Assembly: GCA_041182225.1 (NCBI GenBank)
Contig: JBEGOC010000206.1
Coordinates: 14,194 to 78,193 of the forward strand
Direction: 5' to 3'
Length of the DNA stretch: 64,000 nt
Source: Pseudomonadota bacterium
GTDB lineage: Bacteria; Pseudomonadota; Gammaproteobacteria; Burkholderiales; Burkholderiaceae_C
Of the stretch, positions 50,318 to 61,073 are shown piece by piece. Both the position numbers and the translations under genes were made by a program. How positions within the stretch are numbered: position 1 is the stretch's first letter; each line of letters opens with the position of its first letter. Under the pieces are notes generated by a model that did no database searches, was not told the DNA's origin, and was given only the letters and a program-made list of their open reading frames with translations.

Positions 50318-51418
50318 GTGGCCCTGGTGACCGAGGCCTACCAGCGCGAAATTCAGCAGCGCGGCTACGCCAGCGACCCCTCTCAACTGCGCGGCATTGC
50401 GGCGCTTGAGCGCTGTGCGTTGGAGTGGCAACACTACAAGGCGCAGCGCTCCAATGCGCTCAAGAAGCTTGTCAACCGCCCAAGCATCCCACGCGGCGTC
50501 TACCTCTACGGAGGGGTCGGGCGGGGTAAAAGCTTCCTGATGGATTGCTTCTTTGGCGCGGTGCCGATCCGGCGCAAGACCCGCTTGCATTTTCATGAGT
50601 TCATGCGTGAGGTGCACCGCGAGTTGGCGCAGCTGCAAGGCACCGTCAACCCGCTCGACGCCTTGGGCAAGCGCATTGCCGACAAGTACCGCTTGATCTG
50701 CTTTGACGAGTTCCACATTGCCGACATCACGGATGCCATGATTCTGCATCGCCTGCTCAAGGCCTTGTTTGACCATGGTGTCGGCTTCGTCACCACCTCC
50801 AACTTCCGGCCTGACGACCTCTATCCCCATGGCCTGCACCGCAGCCGCATCCTGCCGGCCATTGCCTTGCTCAACGACAAGCTTGAGGTGGTGAACGTTG
50901 ACAACGGGACCGACTACCGGCGCCTGACCCTGGAACAGCTCAAGCTGTACCTGACGCCCCTGGGCCCGCAATCCGAGCAGGACATGACCGAGGCCTTTAA
51001 CCGATTGGCCGAGTCGCAGGACGAGAACCCGGTGCTGGCCATCGAGTCGCGCCAGATCCGCGCCCTGCGCCGCGCCGGCGGTCTGGTCTGGTTTGATTTC
51101 AAGACCCTGTGTGGTGGTCCCCGGTCGCAGAACGATTACCTGGAGATCGCGTCCCAGTTCCACACCGTGTTTCTGAGCGATGTGCCGCAGATGCCGATGC
51201 GCATGGCGTCGGAGGCGCGCCGTTTCACCTGGCTGGTCGATGTCTTGTACGACCGACGGGTCAAGCTGGTCATCTCGGCCGAAGTGGCGCCGGAGGCCCT
51301 CTACACCGAAGGGCCGCTGGTCCATGAATTCCCGCGCACGGTGTCGCGCCTGAAGGAAATGCAATCCGGCGCGTTTTTGGCGCTGGAGCGACGTCAGGTG
51401 GACACGAGCCTGACATGA
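50318..51418 (+). CDS. zapE: AFG1/ZapE family ATPase
   Basis: YGGVGRGKS, HFHEFM, CFDEF, TSN, RTVSRLKEM. Confidence 0.93.
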   Translation: MALVTEAYQREIQQRGYASDPSQLRGIAALERCALEWQHYKAQRSNALKKLVNRPSIPRGVYLYGGVGRGKSFLMDCFFGAVPIRRKTRLHFHEFMREVHRELAQLQGTVNPLDALGKRIADKYRLICFDEFHIADITDAMILHRLLKALFDHGVGFVTTSNFRPDDLYPHGLHRSRILPAIALLNDKLEVVNVDNGTDYRRLTLEQLKLYLTPLGPQSEQDMTEAFNRLAESQDENPVLAIESRQIRALRRAGGLVWFDFKTLCGGPRSQNDYLEIASQFHTVFLSDVPQMPMRMASEARRFTWLVDVLYDRRVKLVISAEVAPEALYTEGPLVHEFPRTVSRLKEMQSGAFLALERRQVDTSLT

Positions 51419-51771
51419 TGCGAGCCCTCTTGTTTGGTTGCCTCGCCCTGCTGCAGCTGACCGCGCTGGCGCAGACGGTTGCGGCCGTGCCGCAGCCTCC
51501 CATGGACGTGCAGGCGGAGCGCAGCCGGATTCAGGCGGAACGCGCGCGTGAAACAGCGCGTTATGAGCAGCAGGAACGCGCCTGCTATGCACGTTTTGCC
51601 GTCAACGATTGCCTGGCGGCCAACCGGGCGCAGCGGCGCGGCGTGCTGGACGATCTGCGACGGCAGACCCTGGCGCTGGACAGCGCCGAACGCAAGAACA
51701 AAGCCCTCGACCAGGTCGAACGCATCCGCGACAAGACAGCCACCCAGGACGGCCGGCCCGCCGCGCCATGA
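51415..51771 (+). CDS. Hypothetical exported helical protein with Cys pair
   Basis: Signal peptide, CYARFAVNDC, coiled-coil; ATGA-coupled on both sides. Confidence 0.7.
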   Translation: MMRALLFGCLALLQLTALAQTVAAVPQPPMDVQAERSRIQAERARETARYEQQERACYARFAVNDCLAANRAQRRGVLDDLRRQTLALDSAERKNKALDQVERIRDKTATQDGRPAAP

Positions 51772-53804
51772 CCGGCCAGCCCTCGGCATCACCCCTGGAA
51801 TTGCTCTCATCGGTTCGCGACGCCTTCTCGGCTCATGGCGTGCTGTCGCAGATGGTCGGGGCATTTCGCCCGCGCCCGGGCCAATCCGAGATGGCAGAAG
51901 CCATTGCCCACACAGTGGCCGAGGGTGGCGCGCTGGTGGTTGAGGCGGGTACCGGCATTGGTAAGACCTACGCCTACCTGGTGCCGGCGCTGCTCAGCGG
52001 CAATCGCCTGCTGGTGTCGACCGCCACCAAGACCTTGCAGGACCAATTGTTTGAGCGGGACCTGCCCGGCTTGGTGCAGGCGCTGGGACTACCGTTGCGG
52101 ACCTCCCTGCTCAAGGGCCGTGCCAGTTACCTCTGCCAGCACCGGCTGATGTTGGCGCGCCAGCAGGCGGAGCTGCTGGATCGCAGCGCACTGTCCGAGT
52201 TGGCGCGTATCGAAGTCTGGGCGCTGGGCACCCGAACGGGCGATCTGGCTGAGGTGCCCGGGCTGGATGAACGCTCGCCACTCAATCCGCTCATCACCTC
52301 GACGCGCGACAATTGCCTTGGATCGCAGTGCCCCAGTTTTCGCGTCTGCCATGTCAACCAGGCCCGTCGTGAGGCCCTGGCGGCTGACGTGGTGGTGGTC
52401 AACCATCACCTGTTTTTTGCCGATCTTGCCGTGCGCGAGTCCGGGCTGGCGGAATTGCTGCCCTCGGTGCAGACCGTGATCTTCGACGAGGCCCACCAAC
52501 TCAATGAGACCGGCGTTCAGTTTTTGGGACGGCAGCTGAGCACGGGTCAATGGCTGGATGCCGCGCGTGACCTGCTGAGCGTCGGCACGCAGCAGGCGCG
52601 TGGGTGGTGCGATTGGCTCCAATTGGCAGCCGGTCTGGAGCGCGCGGCGCGCGACTGGCGCCTGATGGTGGGCCAACAGCCCGCCGGCACCAAGTTGCGC
52701 TGGTTGGGCGACGCGCCCGACACGCTGGATACGACCGCCTGGCAACTGGCGCTGGAGGGGATGCAGCTGGCCTGCCAAGCTGCGGGCGATGCGCTGGCGT
52801 CGGTGGTGGAGACTGGCCCGGAACTGCTGCGGCTGGCCGAACGCCTGGCGACGCTGGCGGAACGTTTGGCAGGTTTTCGCGGACCCTGCCAGCACAATTC
52901 GGTTCGTTGGCTGGAGGCCGGCACCCACCTTAAGCTGCTTGAGACGCCGCTCGACATTGCAGACACGGTCCAGGCCCGGCTGATGTTGCCCTTGCAAGAC
53001 GCGGCCAGCCGACGGTCCTGGATTTTCACCTCGGCCACCCTGGGCGACGATGCCGCACTGAGCTGGTTTACCGAGCCCTGCGGCCTGGCCGACGCCCGGA
53101 TTTTGAAAATCGGCAGCCCGTTTGACTATGCGTCGCAGGCGGCACTTTACGTACCGGCGCACCTGCCCAAGCCGGGCGATCCGGCCCACAGTCTGGCTGT
53201 GGCCGATTTGGTGGCGGGTGCGGCCCGCGTGCTGGGCGGGCGGACCCTGGTCCTGACGACCAGCCTGCGCGCGCTGCAAATCATCAGCGAGGCCCTGCAA
53301 GCGGCGGGCGATGCGGCTGGGCTCGAGATCCTGGTGCAGGGGCAGGGGTCCAAGCGCGAACTGACGCAGCGGTTCCGTCAGGCCAATCAGGGTGAACGCG
53401 CTGGTTGCGTGCTGGTGGCCTCGGCCTCGTTTTGGGAGGGAGTGGATATTCCGGGCACGGCGCTGCAGATGGTGGTCATCGATAAATTGCCGTTTCCGTC
53501 ACCCGCAGACCCGTTGGTGGAAGCCCGTTCGATGCGATTGACCCAGGCAGGCCGCAATGTGTTCAAGGACTACGCCCTGCCGGAAACCTCGGTGGTGCTC
53601 AAGCAGGGGGCGGGACGACTGATTCGCCATGAATCGGACCGAGGCGTGCTGGTCGTTTGCGACCCCCGCCTGGCGCGCATGGGCTATGGGCGTCGACTGC
53701 TGGCGGCGCTGCCGGCCATGCAACGGCTAGGCAGCGAACGCGAATTTCAGGACTACCTGACCCAACTCACCAAAATTTCCACCACGGATCAGTCCCTTTT
53801 TTGA
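51768..53804 (+). CDS. DinG/YoaA family ATP-dependent Fe-S DNA helicase
   Basis: EAGTGIGKT, LKGRASYLC, DEAH, SATL, FWEGVD, QGAGRLIR; start trimmed to ATG 51768. Confidence 0.93.
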   Translation: MTGQPSASPLELLSSVRDAFSAHGVLSQMVGAFRPRPGQSEMAEAIAHTVAEGGALVVEAGTGIGKTYAYLVPALLSGNRLLVSTATKTLQDQLFERDLPGLVQALGLPLRTSLLKGRASYLCQHRLMLARQQAELLDRSALSELARIEVWALGTRTGDLAEVPGLDERSPLNPLITSTRDNCLGSQCPSFRVCHVNQARREALAADVVVVNHHLFFADLAVRESGLAELLPSVQTVIFDEAHQLNETGVQFLGRQLSTGQWLDAARDLLSVGTQQARGWCDWLQLAAGLERAARDWRLMVGQQPAGTKLRWLGDAPDTLDTTAWQLALEGMQLACQAAGDALASVVETGPELLRLAERLATLAERLAGFRGPCQHNSVRWLEAGTHLKLLETPLDIADTVQARLMLPLQDAASRRSWIFTSATLGDDAALSWFTEPCGLADARILKIGSPFDYASQAALYVPAHLPKPGDPAHSLAVADLVAGAARVLGGRTLVLTTSLRALQIISEALQAAGDAAGLEILVQGQGSKRELTQRFRQANQGERAGCVLVASASFWEGVDIPGTALQMVVIDKLPFPSPADPLVEARSMRLTQAGRNVFKDYALPETSVVLKQGAGRLIRHESDRGVLVVCDPRLARMGYGRRLLAALPAMQRLGSEREFQDYLTQLTKISTTDQSLF

Positions 53805-54573
53805 GCCCACCGGCGGTCAGGCTGCTCTGCGGGTAGTTGCTGGCCAGAACGCGTTGCGCATCGTCGCGCAGCTGCGTCAGGCCCAACGCGTCATAAGCCT
53901 TGACCAGGATGTACAGGGCCTCTTCCACCGCCGGCGTACCCTGGTGGTCCGCCACGGCCAATTGGGCGCGGTTGATCGCCGCCACATAGGCGCCTTTGCT
54001 CAGGTAATGGCGCGCCACATGAACCTCGTAATCGGCCAGCGAGTTCACGATGTAGGCCATGCGCTGCCGCGCGTCCGGGCTGTAACGCGAATCGGGAAAG
54101 CGTGTCACCAGCTCCTTGAACGACTCGAACGATTCCTTGGCTGCTTTCTGGTCGCGCTCGGACAGGTCCTGCCGTGTTAAGGCCGAAAAAAGCCCCAGGT
54201 CGTCGTTGAAATTCACCAAGCCCTTGAGGTACAGGGCGTAGTCCAGTGCCGGGCTGGCCGGGTGCAGCCTCAAAAAGCGGTCAATGGTAGCAAGCGCCTG
54301 CGGCGCTTCGGCGGACTTGTAGTGCGCATACGCCTTGTCCAGCTGCGCTTGCTGGGCCAGCGGCGTGCCGGCAGCCCGACCTTCGAGCTTGTCGAACAGC
54401 GCAATCGCCTTGTCATAAGCGCCGGCGTTCATCTCGTCCTTGGCCTCGGCGTAAATCTTGTTCGGACTCCAGCCGGCTGTCGCATCCTTGGTGACCGATG
54501 AGCAGGCGGTTAGCCACAGCGCCATGCTGATGACCAAGCCGGCATGGACCGCCGATAATTTAGCGCTAGGCAT
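53767..54573 (-). CDS. bamD: Outer membrane assembly lipoprotein
   Basis: LTAC lipobox, TPRs, ERDQ, AAINRA, PWWKFW; divergent from rluD. Confidence 0.95.
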   Translation of the reverse strand: MPSAKLSAVHAGLVISMALWLTACSSVTKDATAGWSPNKIYAEAKDEMNAGAYDKAIALFDKLEGRAAGTPLAQQAQLDKAYAHYKSAEAPQALATIDRFLRLHPASPALDYALYLKGLVNFNDDLGLFSALTRQDLSERDQKAAKESFESFKELVTRFPDSRYSPDARQRMAYIVNSLADYEVHVARHYLSKGAYVAAINRAQLAVADHQGTPAVEEALYILVKAYDALGLTQLRDDAQRVLASNYPQSSLTAGGLKKGTDPWWKFW

Positions 54574-54587
54574 GTAGGGCAGCTTTC

Positions 54588-55592
54588 TTGAACAACACCC
54601 ACGGAATTATATCGGCCGGGTCGTCCGAAGACGACGCTGAAGACCTGGCTGACGCCGGGCCGGCGTTCGAGTTGCGGCCCTGGCTGGCGAGCGCGGCTGA
54701 GCATGGCTTGCGCCTGGACCAGGCCCTGGCCAGACTGGTGCCGGAACTGTCACGCAGCTACCTGCAGCAATTGATTGCAGCGGGGGCTGTCGCGCTCAAC
54801 GGCGCGAGCATTGTCAAGCCCTCAGCCCGGCTCAAAGCTGGCGATGTCGGTACCCTGGAAATGCGCCCGACGCTGCAAAGCCAGGCCTTCAAACCCGAGG
54901 CGATGGCGCTGGATCTGGTCTATCAGGATGCCCACCTGATGGTGATCAATAAACCTGCCGGGCTCGTGGTGCATCCTGCCCCAGGCAACTGGACGGGTAC
55001 GCTGATGAACGGCCTGCTGGCCTTTGATTCGGCCTTCATGGCCTTGCCCCGTGCCGGCATCGTGCATCGCCTCGACAAAGACACCAGCGGCCTGATGGTG
55101 GTGGCCCGCACGCGTGCCACCATGGATGCAATGGTCCGCGCCATTGCGGCGCGCGAAGTCCAACGCCATTACCTGGCTTTGGCGCATGGACGCTGGACCG
55201 GCGCAGACCAACGCGAGGTCGTCCAGCCCATCGGGCGCGACCCCCGTCAGCGCTTGCGTATGGCGGTGGTCGACTTGAACACGCATCCCGGCAAAGCGGC
55301 CCGCACTGACATCACACGACTGCAAAACGCCGAGGCAGCGTGTCTGGTGCGGTGCGTCTTGCAGACCGGGCGCACCCATCAAATCAGGGTTCATATGGCT
55401 TGGCTCGGTCATCCACTGTTGGCGGATGAACTCTACGGTGGTGCCTGCGCCGCGGGGCTCACACGGCAGGCATTGCACGCCTACCGGTTGGCTTTCGTCC
55501 ATCCAGTCACGGGTCAAGCCATGACGTTCAAATCCGAGGTGCCGCCCGATCTGCAAGCGGCCCTCAGCCGGTGGGGCCTGAGCTACAATTAA
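54588..55592 (+). CDS. rluD: 23S rRNA pseudouridine synthase D
   Basis: S4 domain, NKPAGLVVHP, VHRLDKDTSG, TGRTHQIRVH. Confidence 0.93.
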   Translation: MNNTHGIISAGSSEDDAEDLADAGPAFELRPWLASAAEHGLRLDQALARLVPELSRSYLQQLIAAGAVALNGASIVKPSARLKAGDVGTLEMRPTLQSQAFKPEAMALDLVYQDAHLMVINKPAGLVVHPAPGNWTGTLMNGLLAFDSAFMALPRAGIVHRLDKDTSGLMVVARTRATMDAMVRAIAAREVQRHYLALAHGRWTGADQREVVQPIGRDPRQRLRMAVVDLNTHPGKAARTDITRLQNAEAACLVRCVLQTGRTHQIRVHMAWLGHPLLADELYGGACAAGLTRQALHAYRLAFVHPVTGQAMTFKSEVPPDLQAALSRWGLSYN

Positions 55593-55732
55593 GCCAGTAC
55601 CGCGGTGCCGCCCTCGGGGTTGGCAACCGGTAGAATCGTTCGCGCCGCAGTCGCTCTGATCTGCCTGATGCGCCGTCTTGAACCGCCATGATGCGGCACC
55701 GCCACGGTGTCGCTTTCGGAACCGTCTGACAC

Positions 55733-56398
55733 ATGAACACGGCAGCTGCCAAGCGTGTATTGGAAACCGCCTTGATTTGCGCCCAGCAACCGCTGCAGTT
55801 GCGGGAACTGCGCGCGCTGTTCGATGATGAACTGGGCGCCGATACAGTCAAGCAACTGCTGCTGGAACTGCAGCTGGAGTGGTCGGGCCGTGGCGTGGAG
55901 CTGGTGGCGGTGGCGACCGGCTGGCGTTTTCAAAGCCGCGCCGAGATGCGTCTCTACCTGGACCGACTGCATCCGGAAAAGCCGCCGCGCTACAGCCGCG
56001 CCACACTGGAGACGCTGGCCATCATCGCCTACCGGCAGCCGGTTACGCGGGGCGACATTGAGGATATTCGCGGCGTGACCGTCAACTCGCTCATCATCAA
56101 ACAGCTGGAAGACCGCGGCTGGGTCGAGGTGATCGGGCACCGGGAGTCGGCGGGTCGGCCGGCCTTGCTGGCCACCACGCGCCAGTTTCTGGACGACCTT
56201 GGGCTTGCCTCGCTGGAGCAGTTGCCCTTGCTGGATACGCCGGCGCAGCAAGCCCGGGTGCGGGCTGCGATTGAGCAGGGCGCCCTGGCCGGCCCCGACT
56301 TTGCCGAACCTGCCGATTTGTCCGGGCCGGAGGCGCTGAGCGTGCAGGCTAGCGCGGATTCCAGCGAGCCCGGACCTGAGCCGCAAGGCCTTTTTTGA
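55733..56398 (+). CDS. scpB: SMC-Scp complex subunit B
   Basis: [38 protein letters not shown]. Confidence 0.95.
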   Translation: MNTAAAKRVLETALICAQQPLQLRELRALFDDELGADTVKQLLLELQLEWSGRGVELVAVATGWRFQSRAEMRLYLDRLHPEKPPRYSRATLETLAIIAYRQPVTRGDIEDIRGVTVNSLIIKQLEDRGWVEVIGHRESAGRPALLATTRQFLDDLGLASLEQLPLLDTPAQQARVRAAIEQGALAGPDFAEPADLSGPEALSVQASADSSEPGPEPQGLF

Positions 56399-56408
56399 CG
56401 GAAACACC

Positions 56409-57701
56409 ATGATGACCGAACACGATGCCGCCGCACCGGACGAAGCCCAACCGCCGGTTGTGCCCCTGACACCCCCTGCCCACGGCACGCTTGGCCAGCC
56501 GGACGCGGCCATCGTCCGGTTCAACGATGTGGTGTCGGGTCAGTTTGATGCGGACGAGGACGTGGCTGACTTGGTGCCCCCAAAACGCGTGTTGGCACCG
56601 CAGGCGGAGACGCCCAAGCTGCACAAGGTGCTGGCCCAGAGTGGCATGGGCTCCCGCCTGGAGATGGAGCAACTGATCATGGAAGGACGGATCACGGTTA
56701 ACAACGAACCGGCTCACATCGGCCAGCGCATCCAGTTTGGCGACCATGTCAAAGTCAACGGCAAGCCGATCCGCATCCGCATTGATGCGCCGCCAGCGCG
56801 CGTGATCGCTTACCACAAGCCCGTCGGCGAGGTCGTGACCCATGACGATCCGCAAAACCGGCCGACTGTCTTCCGGCGCCTGCCCAAGCTGTTTCAGGGA
56901 AAATGGCAGTCGGTCGGTCGGCTGGACATCAACACCGAGGGCCTGCTGCTGTTCACCAGTTCGGGCGAATTGGCCAACAGCCTGATGCATCCGCGCTTTG
57001 GCCTTGAACGTGAGTACGCGGTCCGGGTTCTGGGCGCCTTGAGCAAGGAAGAAAGGCAGCGCCTGACTGATGGCGTCAAACTCGACGATGGCGTGGCGCA
57101 GTTCGGCTCGATCGAAGAGGGGGGCGGCGAGGGTTCCAACACCTGGTACCGCGTCACGATTTCCGAGGGGCGCAACCGTGAGGTCCGGCGCATGTTTGAG
57201 GCGGTGGGGCACGCGGTCAGCCGCCTGATCCGCATCCGGTATGGCGCCATGCTGTTGCCGCGGGGCCTCAAGCGCGGCGGCTGGATGGAGCTCGACGAGG
57301 CGGACATCAAAGCCCTGATGCAGGCGGCGGGTGCCGGTCGTCGGTCGGCCGGCGCCGATGGCGCCCGGCCCGGGTCTGCCGCTGCTGCAGTGCGCGAAGG
57401 TGCGGGCCGTCGCGGCAACCAGGCTACCCGGGGCAGTGGGCCACGCGGCGCCACGGGGTCAGCCCGTGCTTCAGGGTCGGGCCGGCAACCAGGGATGCCC
57501 GGCGGTGCCCCGTTGGAGCGCAAGGGTCGGGGGGAGCGCGGCGACCGGCAGACCACCGCCAGTCAGCCTGACCCGATGAAAACCGCGTTTGGCTACATCG
57601 GGGCTGACAGCTTCACACGACAGAGGCAGGATCAGGGCCAACGCCGGTCCACTTCGGGCGGCCCTGGCAACGGGTCGCGTCGCGGTGGCAGGAGCCGTTG
57701 A
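56409..57701 (+). CDS. rluB: 23S rRNA pseudouridine synthase B
   Basis: KLHKVLAQ, VGRLDINTEGL, EGRNREVRR; after scpB. Confidence 0.93.
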   Translation: MMTEHDAAAPDEAQPPVVPLTPPAHGTLGQPDAAIVRFNDVVSGQFDADEDVADLVPPKRVLAPQAETPKLHKVLAQSGMGSRLEMEQLIMEGRITVNNEPAHIGQRIQFGDHVKVNGKPIRIRIDAPPARVIAYHKPVGEVVTHDDPQNRPTVFRRLPKLFQGKWQSVGRLDINTEGLLLFTSSGELANSLMHPRFGLEREYAVRVLGALSKEERQRLTDGVKLDDGVAQFGSIEEGGGEGSNTWYRVTISEGRNREVRRMFEAVGHAVSRLIRIRYGAMLLPRGLKRGGWMELDEADIKALMQAAGAGRRSAGADGARPGSAAAAVREGAGRRGNQATRGSGPRGATGSARASGSGRQPGMPGGAPLERKGRGERGDRQTTASQPDPMKTAFGYIGADSFTRQRQDQGQRRSTSGGPGNGSRRGGRSR

Positions 57702-57731
57702 CCTCCGGCCTGTCGGTTAAACTAGCCGGCT

Positions 57732-57752
57732 TTGCCTTTCGGGCAATTTTTT
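57732..57752 (+). terminator. Hairpin + T-run between rluB and ndk
   Basis: TTGCCT-ttc-GGGCAA-TTTTTT. Confidence 0.5.
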
Positions 57753-57771
57753 CACCAGATCAGGATACTTC

Positions 57772-58197
57772 ATGACTATCGAACGCACACTTTCCATCAT
57801 CAAGCCCGATGCAGTGGCCAAAAACGTGATCGGCCAGATCTACGCGCGGTTTGAAGCCGCTGGCTTGCGCGTGGTTGCCGCCCGGATGGCGCACCTGTCC
57901 CGCCGCGAGGCTGAAGCCTTTTATGCCGTTCACAAGGCGCGTCCCTTCTTCAATGACCTGGTGGAATTCATGATTTCCGGTCCGGTCATGATCCAGGCGC
58001 TCGAAGGTGATAACGCGATTTTGAAAAATCGCGACCTGATGGGTGCCACTGACCCCAAGAAAGCTGCCGCCGGCACCATTCGTGCTGACTTCGCCGACAG
58101 CATTGATGCGAATGCGGTGCATGGCTCGGATGCTCCCGAGACTGCGGCGGCGGAAGTGGCCTTCTTCTTCCCCGGCCTGAACATCTACTCGCGCTAA
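57772..58197 (+). CDS. ndk: Nucleoside diphosphate kinase
   Basis: [26 protein letters not shown]. Confidence 0.98.
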   Translation: MTIERTLSIIKPDAVAKNVIGQIYARFEAAGLRVVAARMAHLSRREAEAFYAVHKARPFFNDLVEFMISGPVMIQALEGDNAILKNRDLMGATDPKKAAAGTIRADFADSIDANAVHGSDAPETAAAEVAFFFPGLNIYSR

Positions 58198-58205
58198 GCG
58201 ATGCA

Positions 58206-59354
58206 ATGACGGCTAACCTGCTGGATTTCGATCTCGAGGGTTTGGCCGTTTTCTGCGAGCGGCTGGGTGAAAAGCGCTACCGTGCCGTTCAACTTTTTCG
58301 ATGGATTCATCAAAAAGGCGCCGTCCAGTTTGACGAGATGACGGATCTTGCCAGGTCGATGCGTGACAAGCTCTCGGCGTCGGCGCATCTGGCGGCCTTG
58401 CCGGTCTTGTCGCAACACCTGTCCGACGACGGTACCATCAAGTGGTTGTTCGATGTTGGAGCGGGTGATGCGGTCGAAACCGTGTTCATTCCCGAGGACG
58501 ATCGCGGCACTCTATGCATCTCCTCGCAGGCCGGTTGCGCCGTCGGGTGCCGGTTTTGTTCGACGGGACATCAGGGCTTCAGCCGAAACCTGACGACAGC
58601 TGAAATCTTGGCGCAGTTCTGGTTCGCCGAACACTTTCTGCGGGTTCATCTCAAGCGAACGGATCGCGTCATTTCCAACGTGGTCATGATGGGCATGGGG
58701 GAGCCGCTGCAAAACTATTCGGCCTTGGTGCCGGCGCTGCGGGTGATGCTCCATGACCATGGTTACGGCTTGTCGCGGCGACGCGTGACGGTGTCGACCT
58801 CGGGCGTGGTGCCCATGATCGACCGGCTGGCCGCCGATTGTCCGGTCGCGCTGGCAGTGTCGCTGCACGCCCCCGACGATGCCTTGCGGGACAAGCTCGT
58901 GCCCTTGAACCGGAAATACCCGATTGCCGAATTGCTCGCAGCCTGCTCGCGCTACCTGCAACATGCGCCACGCGACTTCATCACCTTTGAGTACTGCATG
59001 CTGCAAGGGGTCAACGACCAGATTTCGCACGCGCAGGCCTTGGTCCGGCTGGTCCGCGCGCATCAAGATTCAGGCTTGTCCTGCAAGTTCAATTTGATCC
59101 CCTTCAATCCTTTCCCGGCTTCGGGCCTGCTGCGGTCGGGGGCCGCCCAGGTGCAAGTGTTCGCCAAGGTGTTGATCGATGCGGGCTTGGTCACCACCAT
59201 CCGAAAAACCCGCGGCGACGATATCGATGCCGCTTGCGGCCAGTTGGCCGGTGACGTGATGGACCGAACCGGGGTCGACCAGCGGATCGTCCGGCAGCGC
59301 CAGATCATGCTGCATCCCGTGCCGGCGATGACTCGGGCTGTGGTCGAGCCTTGA
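58206..59354 (+). CDS. rlmN: Dual-specificity RNA methyltransferase (radical SAM)
   Basis: [30 protein letters not shown]. Confidence 0.97.
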   Translation: MTANLLDFDLEGLAVFCERLGEKRYRAVQLFRWIHQKGAVQFDEMTDLARSMRDKLSASAHLAALPVLSQHLSDDGTIKWLFDVGAGDAVETVFIPEDDRGTLCISSQAGCAVGCRFCSTGHQGFSRNLTTAEILAQFWFAEHFLRVHLKRTDRVISNVVMMGMGEPLQNYSALVPALRVMLHDHGYGLSRRRVTVSTSGVVPMIDRLAADCPVALAVSLHAPDDALRDKLVPLNRKYPIAELLAACSRYLQHAPRDFITFEYCMLQGVNDQISHAQALVRLVRAHQDSGLSCKFNLIPFNPFPASGLLRSGAAQVQVFAKVLIDAGLVTTIRKTRGDDIDAACGQLAGDVMDRTGVDQRIVRQRQIMLHPVPAMTRAVVEP

Positions 59355-59356
59355 CC

Positions 59357-60199
59357 ATGCGCGCTCCTGGCACACGCAAGTTTCCGTACTGGCCTGGTCC
59401 CTGGGCTTGGCTAGGCCTGTCGTTGGCCTGGGTGGGTCTGGCTGGCTGCGCCACATCCTCCGGGACAGACTGGCCCGCTGCCCAGCGCAGTGGCGGTGAC
59501 ATCATGACCGCCTCGGACGAGCCTGACACACGCAAGCGGGCCCGTATCCGGCTCGAGTTGGCGCTGGGGTACTTTGAACAGGGGCAAACCGCGGTTGCGC
59601 TCGACGAGCTCAAGCAGGCGCTGGCGATCGATCCAGCCTTTGCTCCGGCGCATAACCTGCGCGGCCTGATTTACATGCGGCTCAATGATTTGCGCACGGC
59701 AGAGGAGGGTTTCCGCCGGGCCCTGCAATTGAGCCCGCGCGATCCGGCCGTGATGCACAACCTGGCCTGGCTGCTTTGCCAGCAGTCGCGCTGGCAAGAG
59801 GCGTCCCAACGTTTCGAGCAGGCCCTGGCGGATCCCCAATACCTGGAGCGCGCCAAGACTTTTCGGGCCCTCGGGCTATGTCAGGCGCGGGCGGGCCAAC
59901 TGGCCGAGGCCGAACGCAGTCTGGTCAAGTCCTTCGAGTTTGATGCCGGAAACCCGGTAACCAGTTTCAATCTGGCGTCCCTGATGTACCAGCGCGGCGA
60001 GCTGACGGGGGCTCGATTTCACCTGCGTCGTCTGAACAACAGCGAGCTGGCCAATGCGGAGACCTTGTGGCTGGGTATCAAGGTGGAGCGGGCACTCGAC
60101 AGTCGTGAAGCCGTGCTCCAATTGAGTGCGCAGCTGATCAAGCGTTTCCCGCAGTCGCGGGAAACTGCGGCTTTCCAGAGGGGTGCCTTCGATGAATGA
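59357..60199 (+). CDS. pilW: Type IV pilus biogenesis/stability TPR lipoprotein (PilW/PilF)
   Basis: LAGC lipobox, RLELALGY, TPRs; canonical position after rlmN. Confidence 0.9.
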   Translation: MRAPGTRKFPYWPGPWAWLGLSLAWVGLAGCATSSGTDWPAAQRSGGDIMTASDEPDTRKRARIRLELALGYFEQGQTAVALDELKQALAIDPAFAPAHNLRGLIYMRLNDLRTAEEGFRRALQLSPRDPAVMHNLAWLLCQQSRWQEASQRFEQALADPQYLERAKTFRALGLCQARAGQLAEAERSLVKSFEFDAGNPVTSFNLASLMYQRGELTGARFHLRRLNNSELANAETLWLGIKVERALDSREAVLQLSAQLIKRFPQSRETAAFQRGAFDE

Positions 60200-61073
60200 G
60201 CCAGGTGATGTCCCAACTGCTGCGGATCAGCCATTGCTGACCCCGCCAGTTCAATCTGCCGGAGCCCTGCTCCGACAGGCTCGCATGGCCGAAGGTCTGC
60301 ACATCGCAGCACTGGCGGTCACCCTGAAAGTACCCGTCAAGAAAATTGAGGCGCTGGAGGCAGACCGACTGGACGAATTGCCAGACATGGTTTTCGTGCG
60401 GGCACTGGCCTCCAGTATCTGTCGGACGCTGAGAGTTGCACCTGGCCCGGTGCTGGATCGACTGCCGCCGAGCAACCTGCCCAGCCTTGGTGCCGATGCG
60501 ACGAGCCTCAATGCGAGCTACCGCGTGAGGGGAGATCGCTCGGGATGGGCCCTCTGGGAACGTTTGTCGCGCCCCTATGGCCTGGCGATTCTGGCGCTCA
60601 TCCTCGGCGTGGCCGCCATGGTGGTTTTGCCGTTCAGACCGCCAACTGATGCGCCCGTGAGCCAGTCACCGGAAGCAGAGACCGCGCCGCCAGCGGCGGC
60701 GATGCCGTCCGCGCCGGTGGCGCCAGCTACCGTCACCCTCGTGCCTGAAGCGGCGATCGCCGCGCCCGCGCTCGCGCTCCCCAGTGCGCCAAGCGATCTC
60801 GGCGCAAAAGCCATTGTGGCCGGTTCCGGCGCCCTCACTGGTGTTCTGGTCTTGCAGGCGCGCGGTGCCTCCTGGGTCGAGGTGACCGATGCCAAGGGCG
60901 TGGTGCAAGTGCGCAAGATCATGAACCAGGGTGATGTGCTCGGCATATCCGGACCTTTGCCCCTGGCGGTGGTGCTCGGCCGCGCGGAAGTGGTGGACGT
61001 GCTGGTACGCGGGACGCCCCTTGACATTCAGGCTGCGACCAAGGACAAGGTCGCCCGTTTTGAGGTGAAATGA
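60192..61073 (+). CDS. rodZ: RodZ-like protein (HTH, TM, DUF4115)
   Basis: [21 protein letters not shown]; between pilW and ispG. Confidence 0.88.
   Translation: MNEPGDVPTAADQPLLTPPVQSAGALLRQARMAEGLHIAALAVTLKVPVKKIEALEADRLDELPDMVFVRALASSICRTLRVAPGPVLDRLPPSNLPSLGADATSLNASYRVRGDRSGWALWERLSRPYGLAILALILGVAAMVVLPFRPPTDAPVSQSPEAETAPPAAAMPSAPVAPATVTLVPEAAIAAPALALPSAPSDLGAKAIVAGSGALTGVLVLQARGASWVEVTDAKGVVQVRKIMNQGDVLGISGPLPLAVVLGRAEVVDVLVRGTPLDIQAATKDKVARFEVK

Noticed and set aside
42990-51592. Long antisense ORFs (42990-44354, 45465-46964, 48733-50265, 50048-51592)
   Set aside because: Mirror frames of prpE/sucA/lpdA/zapE caused by high-GC codon bias; no motifs or RBS
53767-53804. 38-bp convergent overlap of helicase and bamD
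   Set aside because: Short tail-to-tail overlaps are common; both ORFs intact
55593-56398. scpB without scpA, and a possible ncRNA in the upstream gap
   Set aside because: scpA may simply be elsewhere; no recognisable RNA family, only a TAGAAT -10-like box
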